From IMG/VR virus record IMGVR_UViG_3300013426_000026, positions 39,395 through 103,394 of that record: DNA of 64,000 bases; one strand, written 5' to 3'. Positions 49,129 to 58,371 of this stretch are shown piece after piece (the stretch's first letter is position 1; each line of letters opens with the position of its first letter). The notes beneath the pieces are model-generated. The model was not told the origin of the DNA. It was given only the letters and a program-made list of their open reading frames with translations, and did not search any database. This DNA comes from a virus (lineage: Duplodnaviria; Caudoviricetes). The position numbers were made by a program, and so were the translations under genes.

Positions 49129-49641
49129 TTATTCCTCCTCATCAAGAAAAGAGAATAGATGCCGTCTGTGCGGGGTAGCTTTAGGACGAGGTATTACTAT
49201 TTCTCTATCTTTTGGTATATAATTAATTAAAATTTTGTTTTCATTTTTCTGTTGAGCCAACCAGATGGCATAATAATAATCATAGGCTTTTTTATAGATC
49301 CAAGGAACAATAGCTATACCATCATTAGCTTTTTCTGTTGTATGCTTTTCAACATCATAAAAATATACAAGTGATTTTAAAATTCCATTATAAGTATAAT
49401 GATAATTTTCAATATAATTTTTTATTTGTTTTTGAATTCGAGGATTTACAAACTCTGTATGAAATAATTGATTTATATAAGCATATAATTTTTCTTTATC
49501 TTGTTCTTCTTTTGATAAAATTTGCTCTTTGTTATTAACGCATTCAGGATGCGCATAACGTTTTGTATTAATTTTAATAAAAGGCTACTTATCTCTATCA
49601 AAAGTTTTCCCACATATCGGGCATTTTACATTATGAGCGAT
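49129..49641 (-). CDS. zinc-finger replication-module protein, possible helicase loader (SPbeta YorH position)
   Basis: AHNVKCPICGK...RYAHPEC...GIAIVPWIY; apparent ATC start after GGTGAGG with TAA immediately upstream; lies between the Sak4-like ATPase and DnaB. Confidence 0.6.
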
Positions 49642-49735
49642 TTAATCCTCACCTCTTTACATTAATTCTATAAATATTATATCAAAAAATAGATAAAAAA
49701 TCAAATAACCTGGAATTTCTTCCAGGTTATGTATA

Positions 49736-50713
49736 TTACTTATTTACAAGTTCATCCTTAATTTCATCAATAATCAAGCTAACAAATTCAGCCTGGTCAA
49801 TTGTGGTTTCGGAAATTTTCTTGCCCTTACCGAGATACTTTTCAACAATCTTAGTGACACGAGGAGCATAATATTCAGAATTCTTTGCCATCAAATCACT
49901 TGCAATCTGCTGAAACTCATTCATAAGTCCTTCGTAATCATAAGTCTTTGTTTCAACAATTTTAGCTTTTTCATTAGTGATATATTTATTATCAGTCATT
50001 GTTGCTTCTTTATCAATTGCACGGTTCATAGCGTCTACAAGGTCCTGATAACCAAAAGGAATTACAGGGTCAATATACTTAAAACGACTCTTGCAATCAA
50101 TAGTATCATCAGGAGAACGAAGAATGAATTTACGCTCATTATTTTCAACCTGAATATAAGCCATAATATCAACCATATTCTTAATGATTTCATTATAAGC
50201 CGTAGAGCAAGAAGGAACAATCTGAGAATATTCCGTACCGTCTTTGCGCTTAAAAGTCTTATCTTTCATATGAGAAATAAAAATTACAGAGTATCCTTCC
50301 ATGGTGATAGCTCGCCAAGTTTCTTCCCATTCCTTCTTAACTTTAGCCCAGCCATTCTTAGCCCAGCCACCATCACCAATATTTTCAATATCAAGCTGAT
50401 TACAAATATATTTTTCACATAAAGAACTTGCAATATCAACTGTATCAACGATAACGCTCTTAAATCTTTCTTTGACTTCTGGCTTTTTAAGATCACGCAA
50501 TACTTGCTTTACTTCGCCCCAAGTAGTAATATCCTGTGCTAAAACGCCAGGAATAGTGGAATAACCCTTTTCAAAAGCCAACAGCAACGGGTTGGGAACT
50601 TGTGAGCCGAATGTTGTTTTTCCGGCGCCACTAGGGCCATAAATATAAACAAGATAACCGCTTAAATCACGACTGACTTTATGTGGCTGAAGAGCTAACA
50701 AATTAATTGCCAT
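49736..50713 (-). CDS. AAA_24/Sak4-like ATPase (recombinase)
   Basis: YGPSGAGKTT, LLAFEKG, VIVDTVD, VIFISH. Confidence 0.8.
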   Translation of the reverse strand: MAINLLALQPHKVSRDLSGYLVYIYGPSGAGKTTFGSQVPNPLLLAFEKGYSTIPGVLAQDITTWGEVKQVLRDLKKPEVKERFKSVIVDTVDIASSLCEKYICNQLDIENIGDGGWAKNGWAKVKKEWEETWRAITMEGYSVIFISHMKDKTFKRKDGTEYSQIVPSCSTAYNEIIKNMVDIMAYIQVENNERKFILRSPDDTIDCKSRFKYIDPVIPFGYQDLVDAMNRAIDKEATMTDNKYITNEKAKIVETKTYDYEGLMNEFQQIASDLMAKNSEYYAPRVTKIVEKYLGKGKKISETTIDQAEFVSLIIDEIKDELVNK

Positions 50714-50854
50714 TGTTCAATTTTCTCCTTTTTCTCCAAATCAAATGATTTACAATATTCATTTATAAATTTTTCTATTTCTTTATAATTTATTAAATCA
50801 TCATATAATATATTTATTTTAGCTCGATGACCTCTAATGAAGTCATCATTTTTA

Positions 50855-51808
50855 TCAGAAATTAAATCCACCATTACCTGCTGTAGAAGCAGTAGCTGAT
50901 GTAGCTGATGTCTTCTTAGAAGCAAGATAATCATCTCTACGTTGTTTAATAGTTGCAAGATAATTTTCACGTTCGGCCATAGCCTTTGTTAATTCGTCAA
51001 CCGTATAAGTACTTTCATCATCAAAGATATAAGGCTCCTTTAAAGAACCAGTGATAATGAAATCTCTATAGGTATTCTTAAACTCCTGCACTTCTGCATC
51101 ACCCCAAGAACTTTCCTTAGTAACGGTTCTAACTACAGTAGTAGAAACTTCCTTGCCCCAAACGTCAGTAAGGACAGGATTCTTAGCGGAAGCTTCAAGA
51201 CCTTCAAAATAATTCATACCGCCTTCATTAAGAACAGTATAGGTTACAGGAAGAAGTGCTTTACGGAAATCAAACACAAAGCCACTTACATTAACCTTTT
51301 CTTGAATATTCTTTTCTGGATCAGCTTCAGTGCGCGTAACCTTAGTGATAAGCATTGTAGTTTTAAACTTACAACGTTCACTTTCCTTATCATTAAAAGC
51401 TTCATTATTCATAATATGAACAAAACCGCCTTCATTACGCTTTACACTAACAAGTTCTTCAGCACCATTGCGCTCACTATAAAATTCATTAAGACCAACA
51501 GTCGTATCAACTCTAATCTTCGCAGCGTTTTCAATGCCGTCACCCATCACAGTGCCATATTCGCCATCAAGAATCTTCTTCAGAACAACAAAAGTAGCAT
51601 TAGTCTTATCCTTTGAAGTCTTTTCAGTCACATAAGTAAAATGAACCTGAATAACATTAGTCTACTTATCATCAGTAACAATACCAATAGTACCACTAAT
51701 AAAAGGCGTACCAGGATTCTTGGAATTGGGGCCGGTTTCCTTCATTTCCAGATTATGCTCATATAAATATCCTTCAATATGTGCCTCGTTAAAAAATTTA
51801 ATTGCCAT
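50855..51808 (-). CDS. putative single-stranded DNA-binding protein (317 aa, one TAG)
   Basis: MAIKFFNEAHIEGYLYEH...; OB-like beta content, flexible tail ending in F, adjacent to the Sak4-like gene. Confidence 0.55.
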
Positions 51809-51822
51809 TATAATCTCCTTAA

Positions 51823-52185
51823 TTATTCTTCAATATTAATTTCTTTACCTTTAGTAGTAATAGCATAAATAGCTGGATTTTCTTCTAATTTCTCAACAAA
51901 TCCATCATTTACCAATTTACGCATACCGCCAGCAATAGAACGAGAACTAATTTCCATGAGTTCGGCCATATCCTTACTCTTCCAACTATCTTTTTCTTCA
52001 TGCTCTTGGAGGAATTTTAAAATGCGCTTACCATTTTCAGTAAATAAAGGACTTTCAGTTTCTTTATCATCACTATTTTTAAGATAATTCCAATAGAATT
52101 CAACATCTTCATTCATTTCTACTGGATGTTTACAATTTTCAATCAAGTCATCTACAAAATCAATAAATGCTTGTTTTCTACTCAT
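51823..52185 (-). CDS. winged-helix DNA-binding protein
   Basis: ILKFLQ...SKDMAELMEISSRSIAGGMRKLVNDGFVEK...YAITTKG. Confidence 0.75.
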   Translation of the reverse strand: MSRKQAFIDFVDDLIENCKHPVEMNEDVEFYWNYLKNSDDKETESPLFTENGKRILKFLQEHEEKDSWKSKDMAELMEISSRSIAGGMRKLVNDGFVEKLEENPAIYAITTKGKEINIEE

Positions 52186-52253
52186 TATTTTATAACTCTC
52201 TTTCCTATTCTTTATATAAATATTATAACAAATTTTTGAGAGTTTTTCAAATT

Positions 52254-52901
52254 TTAATTAATTAATAATTCTTGCGCGTAGGGTAAAGTTTCAATCCATG
52301 CACAAAATTCACGCCACTCAGGAAGCCTATGATTTTTACGTTGCTTATAAATATTTCTTAAACAACGATAATTAGTTGTCATACGTGCCGTTAAAGTAAA
52401 TCCAGCAGGATTAGTATAAAGAATTTCAAGATATAATTCTTTAAGCCAATCTTCTTGCTGTTTAATTGACTCCGCATTTGCTCCATTATCAATCATATTC
52501 TTTTTAATTTCAAGTTGAGTATTATAAGCATCAACTTTTTCTTTCATGATGTCAACTACGCGCTCATCTACATATTTATTATATGCTTTATCTAAATCAA
52601 ATTTAGTAATACGATGCATGGTACTTTGTGAGCTAACAAACTCCAAAAACCGGTATCTTTCAGCTTCTACATACATTTTATTAGAACAAGTTAAATCAAA
52701 ATTAACTCGTATGCCAGTAAGGAATTGACCATGTGCCTGATTATCTTTTACACAAGCATTAATAAGAGTATTGCAACGTTTAAAATCATTATCTACTAAT
52801 TCTCTACCCTATTGACTTTCTACGTCTGTGGACATAGGGTAGCACGCCGCGATAATGCTTTCTTTTAAATCGTAAATTTTTACATTACTCACAATGTCCA
52901 T
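52254..52901 (-). CDS. ThyX/Thy1-like flavin-dependent thymidylate synthase family protein (215 aa)
   Basis: HGQFL, EAERYRF...SSQSTMHRI, TTNYRCLRNIYKQR...HRLPEW; divergent from the canonical RHRxxxxxxxSxR. Confidence 0.55.
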
Positions 52902-53182
52902 TATTCTTCATCCTCCGAAAGAGAATAGCCAATTACATTACCAAGGCATTTAACAAGACTTTCAATTTCATCAATTAAAAATTTTTGGTTATAGCCTCGA
53001 CCTTTATAAGCTTCAACATATTCAGCATAAGACATAAAATTTAAATCTTTAAATCCATAATGCAAGGCTTTTTCTTGCATCATATGAGGATTAGAACAAA
53101 CGATTGTAGCTCCAGTATCTCTAGCAATTAAAAACAGCCTACCAGTTTTACCTGTACCACGCTTATCAATAACTCTATACAT
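52901..53182 (-). CDS. small P-loop-like hypothetical protein (93 aa)
   Basis: RGTGKT and FLIDE motifs. Confidence 0.6.
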   Translation of the reverse strand: MYRVIDKRGTGKTGRLFLIARDTGATIVCSNPHMMQEKALHYGFKDLNFMSYAEYVEAYKGRGYNQKFLIDEIESLVKCLGNVIGYSLSEDEE

Positions 53183-53192
53183 AAAATTCTCC

Positions 53193-54191
53193 TTATTTTA
53201 TACTATACCCAAATTCTTTAGCTTGATAAAATTCCTGCCAATAATCTTCGCGTTCATCTAACAATGATTTATCACATTCTTCAAGAACTTCAAATGTAAA
53301 ATTTTCAGGACCAAGTTCATACATTGCTGGATAAAGTTTATTGCGAGTTGGAGCTTCTGCACCAACGCCACGTTTAATATGCTATTTCCAACGATCAGAC
53401 AATGATGTTGCCTATCCAACATAACATTTCTAATTCTCTATATTAGTAATTTTATAGATGCCAGTATGGATACCTTGGCCAATTACTCTACCAATTAAAT
53501 CGGTATAAGGTTTTTCATAATAAACTTTCCAAATGACTTTATTAATAGGTTCTGCCGAACGTAAATAAGGGATAATCGAACGAATTTTTTTAATTTCTTC
53601 AATATCCTATTCACTTAAATTTAATTTATAAAACTATTCTTTTTGTTTTACTTCTTCGGCACGTTTATTAGCTTCTACAATAGCATCTTGTTTAGCTTTT
53701 GCATCTTCTAATTTATTAAGAATTAATTTTAACTCTTCTTGCTTTTGGCTAATAGCCGATTCATATTGCTTAGCGGTTTCTTCAATTACTTTTAAATATT
53801 CCTGTTGATAATCATCCTCGGCCTATTGGTATTGTTGCGCCATACGTTCCGCCGACTAGGCAAATTTTTCTGTTGCCAAATCATTAGCTTTTTGATAATA
53901 TAACTCAGCATTTTTATTTGCTTGTTCATAACTATCATCAAGAGTTTGTTTCTTATCTTTTAAATGGTCTATATCTTTAATTAAAGAAGTATATTCATTA
54001 TTTAAATTAAATATTTCTTCATTTAATTTATTCTATTTCTATAAAAGCTTTTGCTATTCTCCGATTAAATCATTATTTAATCTTTCAATTTCTAAATTAT
54101 ATTCTTTTCTTTCTTTAATCTTAGGTTTTAATATAAAATAAATTATTAATCCGCCTAAAATTAAAGATAATATACAATAAATAATAACCAT
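53193..54191 (-). CDS. membrane-anchored coiled-coil protein with C-terminal GIY-YIG nuclease (332 aa, TAG=Gln)
   Basis: MVIIYCILSLILGGLIIYFIL (TM), long heptad region, GIYKITN...CYVGQA...RWKQH...FTFEVLEEC...ERE. Confidence 0.75.
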
Positions 54192-54202
54192 ATTAATTAA
54201 AA

Positions 54203-54232
54203 TAAAAAAGGGCAAATTTCTTTGCCCTTTTT
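54203..54232 (-). terminator. intrinsic terminator
   Basis: AAAAAGGGCAAA-loop-TTTGCCCTTTTT. Confidence 0.75.
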
Positions 54233-54247
54233 AAATTTTATATTAAA

Positions 54248-54511
54248 TTACTCTGCGTCAGCAGTAGTGTCAAGGTTCATGCCTTCCTCGGTAAGGGAGA
54301 GAAGTTTGATTGCCTTATGGGTGCCATCAGGAAGCTCGACTTCTGCAGGAGTACGAGTACCAAGGCCCTTGCGCTGAATAGCAGAAGTGAAAATACCATC
54401 AACAGTGCGCTTTTCAAGACCGAGAGCTTCAGCAACATCGGCGGCGGTTACATTCTAACCATTGACTTCCTTAAGATAATTAATAACAGCAATAGTATTA
54501 GGTTTAAGCAT
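54248..54511 (-). CDS. small HTH DNA-binding protein (87 aa, one TAG)
   Basis: MLKPNTIAVINYLKEVNGQNVTAADVAEALGLEKRTVDGIFTSAIQRKGLG...; has its own promoter, RBS and terminator. Confidence 0.75.
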
Positions 54512-54576
54512 AATAAATAATAATCTCCTTTTAATAAATAATTTTTTATTTTTTTAATTTTAAGCTTTAGCTTATG

Positions 54577-54610
54577 TAAATATTATACTAAAAAATTTTT
54601 TTAAAGTCAA
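54577..54610 (-). promoter_or_regulatory. sigmaA-type promoter
   Basis: TTGACT-17-TATAAT-ATTTA. Confidence 0.7.
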
Positions 54611-54798
54611 GAATTTTTTAGAATATCCTAAACAAATTCATCCATAAGCATTATATCTTCAAGACTATCAACATGTCCTGATAATTTCATAATTTCATCT
54701 TTTGCTTGCTGAACTTGCTTTTGGTCTTCATTGCGCTAAATAATTAGTTCTGCTTTTGCAATTTTTTTAGCTAATTCTTTTAGTTCTTTTCTTTTCAT
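54607..54798 (-). CDS. hypothetical protein (63 aa, TAG=Gln)
   Basis: MKRKELKELAKKIAKAELIIQRNEDQKQVQQAKDEIMKL...; TGA 54607-09. Confidence 0.6.
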
Positions 54799-54857
54799 AT
54801 AGAAAAAATTTTTCTTCCTTATTTACAAATATATTTTACTATTTTTTTTGAACTTTG

Positions 54858-55967
54858 TCAAAATATTGTATTCAGCGTACAATCCTTTGGATTTTTATCA
54901 TCACGGAAATTTTTAAAGAAAGCATGACGTAATGTATGGTCTTTAATTGATTTTTCCATACATTGTAAAGAAACAACTCTATTAAGATATTTTTCTGGAT
55001 GTTCTGCAAAATCTGCCCGCGATTCATCAGTCAACCCAGATGATACAGTACCTATCCCGACAATATTACCATTATCATCATAAGCGCCTATTTGAATTGC
55101 AGTTTTCCATCCATAAAAATATCCTTTTGTTATTGGTTGCCAGCCAATGGTTCCATATTGGCAAACATGGGTATGAATAGTTTCGCCATCATTTAAAATT
55201 TTTTCCCAATATGGCCAAGACGTAATTTCCTTACCCGTATATTCTTTAGTGGCATCTTCAAATCCAATAAGAATAGCATCAAGATAATCAATCTTTTTAA
55301 TTTTAATAGATGACCAAGCCGGCCTTTTATCTGGTGCATAAGGCGCAGTTTTCAATTTAAGAACAGCACCTTCTTCCCCATCTTTAAGAGCCTGCGCGGT
55401 AAAATCATAAATATTATCATATACCGCTTCGGCCAATTCCATAAAAGGATAACTATTAAAATTAAATTTATTCCAAATTTTACACAATACTTTATAACGA
55501 GTCAATGCGCCGTAAGATTGCAAATCTATTCCATTATATTTAATTACATCATGTAAATAAAAATGAACTAGATTACCTTTTTGACGATTAATCGCCTCTT
55601 CTGGTAAGCATCCCATTACTCTGGTAACATCTTTTGATGTTTTGCCTGGATAATAAATTTCACCGATTAATATTGTGCCTTCCGGAACAATTTCTAATGC
55701 TTTTTTAATATGAGGAACATTTGCCAATTTCTCTGTAAGAATACCAGTATTTTTACTGATATTCCTACTAAAAAGATACATATGATTTTTAGTTTTTTCA
55801 AACTCATACCAATATCCATCTTTTTTTAATTCGGCAAAATAGTTTCCTTCAATACATAATTGAGGAAACATATCCTCTTTTCCATCAGGTAATTTCCAAA
55901 TTTTCATTGCTTGAATACACTCGGCTTCTGGAGCATATTTATCAATAAGTTCTTGAGAGAAAGACAT
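54858..55967 (-). CDS. ATP-dependent DNA ligase
   Basis: ELKKDGY (KxDG), LIGEIY, EGAVLK, IKIKK, GTVSSGL, LRHAFF...RDDK. Confidence 0.9.
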   Translation of the reverse strand: MSFSQELIDKYAPEAECIQAMKIWKLPDGKEDMFPQLCIEGNYFAELKKDGYWYEFEKTKNHMYLFSRNISKNTGILTEKLANVPHIKKALEIVPEGTILIGEIYYPGKTSKDVTRVMGCLPEEAINRQKGNLVHFYLHDVIKYNGIDLQSYGALTRYKVLCKIWNKFNFNSYPFMELAEAVYDNIYDFTAQALKDGEEGAVLKLKTAPYAPDKRPAWSSIKIKKIDYLDAILIGFEDATKEYTGKEITSWPYWEKILNDGETIHTHVCQYGTIGWQPITKGYFYGWKTAIQIGAYDDNGNIVGIGTVSSGLTDESRADFAEHPEKYLNRVVSLQCMEKSIKDHTLRHAFFKNFRDDKNPKDCTLNTIF

Positions 55968-56025
55968 ATTTTTTTTTATCCCTTTCTGTATTTATATTAT
56001 ACAAAAAAATTTTTTGAAACGCAAA

Positions 56026-58371
56026 TCAAATTTTTGTTATTTTCTTAATTTTTTCATTTTTAATAGTCGATGAACCAATTGCAGTTCGGCTAGTGCTTAC
56101 AATATCCTTTGCGGAAATGCAAATATTCTTTTTATCTCCACAAATAAATAAATTATCTGTATCATTAACTAAAGAACCATCAATCACTTCACCAGTTTCT
56201 CCAGTAGGCTTATAAATAATAAGACCTTTACCAGCGCGTTTCTGAAGAGGAACTTCTTTAAGGTCAATTTTCTTACCATAACCATTTCGTGTAAAAACGC
56301 TTAAATAATCTGTAGTATCTCGAATTGCTAATACACAAACTACTTCATCATTCTCATTAAGATTAATACTCTTTACTCCCATAGCAATACGAGAAGATGG
56401 ACCAATGTCTTTACTATCAAAGCGAATAGCATAACCATTTTTGGTCAAAATAATTAACTGTTCTTCTTTAATTAAAGATACATTGGCTAAGCTATCGCCT
56501 TCGCGCAAAGTAGTTGCGGAAACACCTGTCTTTTTGCGCATACCAGTATAATCTTCAAGAGGAACTTTTTTAATTAAACCTTTCTTTGTGGCGAATAATA
56601 CATATTTAGCATCGGTATCTCTATAAATAGAATAAATAGTAATAACTTTTTCACCCGCAGTCATTTTTACTAAAGCCGAAATAGGCGTTCCGGCGCTTGC
56701 ATTTGTTCCTACTGGAATATCATTTACCAAAAGTTTATACATCACACCTTTATTAGTAAATAACATAAGGTTATCAATAGTATTAGTTCTAATAACACAA
56801 TGGGTAATATCCTCTTGCGATTTTACACCTTTACCATTGCGCTTTTGGATTTTAAAACTCGCAACAGGAATACGCTTAATAGTTCCGCCTTCGGTCATTA
56901 CAACTACACATTTTTCAGGCTCTACATTAATAATTTCCTTTTCGACTTTTGGATTATAATTTAATTGTATCAATTGCGTTTTGCGCGGATTAGGGTATTT
57001 TTTAACAAAAGAATTAAATCTTTCAATAAAAATTTGCTTTTTTCTATCTAAATGCGTAATAACATCTTCACAATTAATAATTGTAGAAGTCAAATCAATT
57101 TTTTCTTGATTCAATTCAATTGTTTCTAAATGTGCTAATCGTCCAAGCTTCATATTAACAATAGCTTGCGCTTGATTTTCTGTAAATTGGTATTTATCAA
57201 TAAGATTAATTACTGCATCTTTTGAACTATTACTACTTTTAATTAAAGAAATAATATTATCGATATCTTCAAGGGCTTTAATTAATCCTTCTACAATTTC
57301 AAGTCTTTTTTTAGATTTTTCTAAATCATAAGTATATTCTTTTTCAATACATTGATAATTATGATTTAGAAAAGTATCTATATAATCTTTAAAAGTAAGA
57401 AGCTTTGGCGTTTTACCAATAAGTGCATATTGATTAGCATTAAAAGTTTTCTGTAAATCAGTTTTTTGAAACAATTTACTTAAAACTAATGAAGGATTAG
57501 CATCACATTCAATTTCAATTAGCAATTGTTTTTTATTGCTTTTATTGGTAATATTAACAATATTAGTTAATTCATCTTTTAAAATTAATTGTTTAACACT
57601 TTCAATAAATGGTTCAACATAAATTTGATAAGGAATTTCAGTAATTAAAATATTATTACCTACAATTTCTGTTTTTGCTCGAAGAACTACTTTTCCTCGT
57701 CCAGTTTTATAAATAGGCTCTAATTCATTTTTATTTACAATAATACCACCAGTAGGAAATGAAGGTGCTAATTTAGAATAATTAATTTTATTAGTTTCTA
57801 AATATTCATTAATTACCTCAGCTAACTCGTCAAGCGAATGAGGCAACCAGACATTGGCAATAGTAGAACCAATCCCTTGACATCCATTTACCATAAGACG
57901 AGGATAAAGTGCAGGCAATACTTCAGGCCATTCTTCATCTTCTGAAAAATTTAATTTCATGGGCACATTGTTTTTCTTAATTCCTACAAACAACCCGTCT
58001 TCAGTAGATTTGGCTAAACGAGCTTCAGTATAACGTTCCGCTGCCGCTTCGCCACTAATTTGAATAGAGCCATTAGCTCCATGCCAATCAACTTCTGGAA
58101 TATTATTAATCCAAGTTTGAGACATGCGCGCAAATGTATCATAAATTGCAGTATTGCCATGAGGCCACCAAGAACTAATGACACCGCCACTAATTTTTGC
58201 AGATTTAATATGAGGTTTATTACTAGAATACCCTTTGGAATACATTTCCCAAAGGCATGCGCGCTGACCAGGCTTTAAACCATCTCTAGCATCTGCAAAT
58301 GCGCGTTGACTATTTGCTTCATATGAAAAATCAAGGAAATTTTGTGAAAGTTCTTGATTAATATTAATCAT
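56026..58371 (-). CDS. gyrA: type IIA topoisomerase subunit A (GyrA/ParC)
   Basis: DGLKPGQR, KSAKISG, WPHGN, AAERYTEARL, QKRNGKG GyrA-box-like motif and C-terminal pinwheel repeats; no TAG. Confidence 0.92.
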   Translation of the reverse strand: MININQELSQNFLDFSYEANSQRAFADARDGLKPGQRACLWEMYSKGYSSNKPHIKSAKISGGVISSWWPHGNTAIYDTFARMSQTWINNIPEVDWHGANGSIQISGEAAAERYTEARLAKSTEDGLFVGIKKNNVPMKLNFSEDEEWPEVLPALYPRLMVNGCQGIGSTIANVWLPHSLDELAEVINEYLETNKINYSKLAPSFPTGGIIVNKNELEPIYKTGRGKVVLRAKTEIVGNNILITEIPYQIYVEPFIESVKQLILKDELTNIVNITNKSNKKQLLIEIECDANPSLVLSKLFQKTDLQKTFNANQYALIGKTPKLLTFKDYIDTFLNHNYQCIEKEYTYDLEKSKKRLEIVEGLIKALEDIDNIISLIKSSNSSKDAVINLIDKYQFTENQAQAIVNMKLGRLAHLETIELNQEKIDLTSTIINCEDVITHLDRKKQIFIERFNSFVKKYPNPRKTQLIQLNYNPKVEKEIINVEPEKCVVVMTEGGTIKRIPVASFKIQKRNGKGVKSQEDITHCVIRTNTIDNLMLFTNKGVMYKLLVNDIPVGTNASAGTPISALVKMTAGEKVITIYSIYRDTDAKYVLFATKKGLIKKVPLEDYTGMRKKTGVSATTLREGDSLANVSLIKEEQLIILTKNGYAIRFDSKDIGPSSRIAMGVKSINLNENDEVVCVLAIRDTTDYLSVFTRNGYGKKIDLKEVPLQKRAGKGLIIYKPTGETGEVIDGSLVNDTDNLFICGDKKNICISAKDIVSTSRTAIGSSTIKNEKIKKITKI

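Noticed and set aside
50695-50860. Possible small ORF between the SSB-like and Sak4-like genes
   Set aside because: No convincing start codon or RBS.
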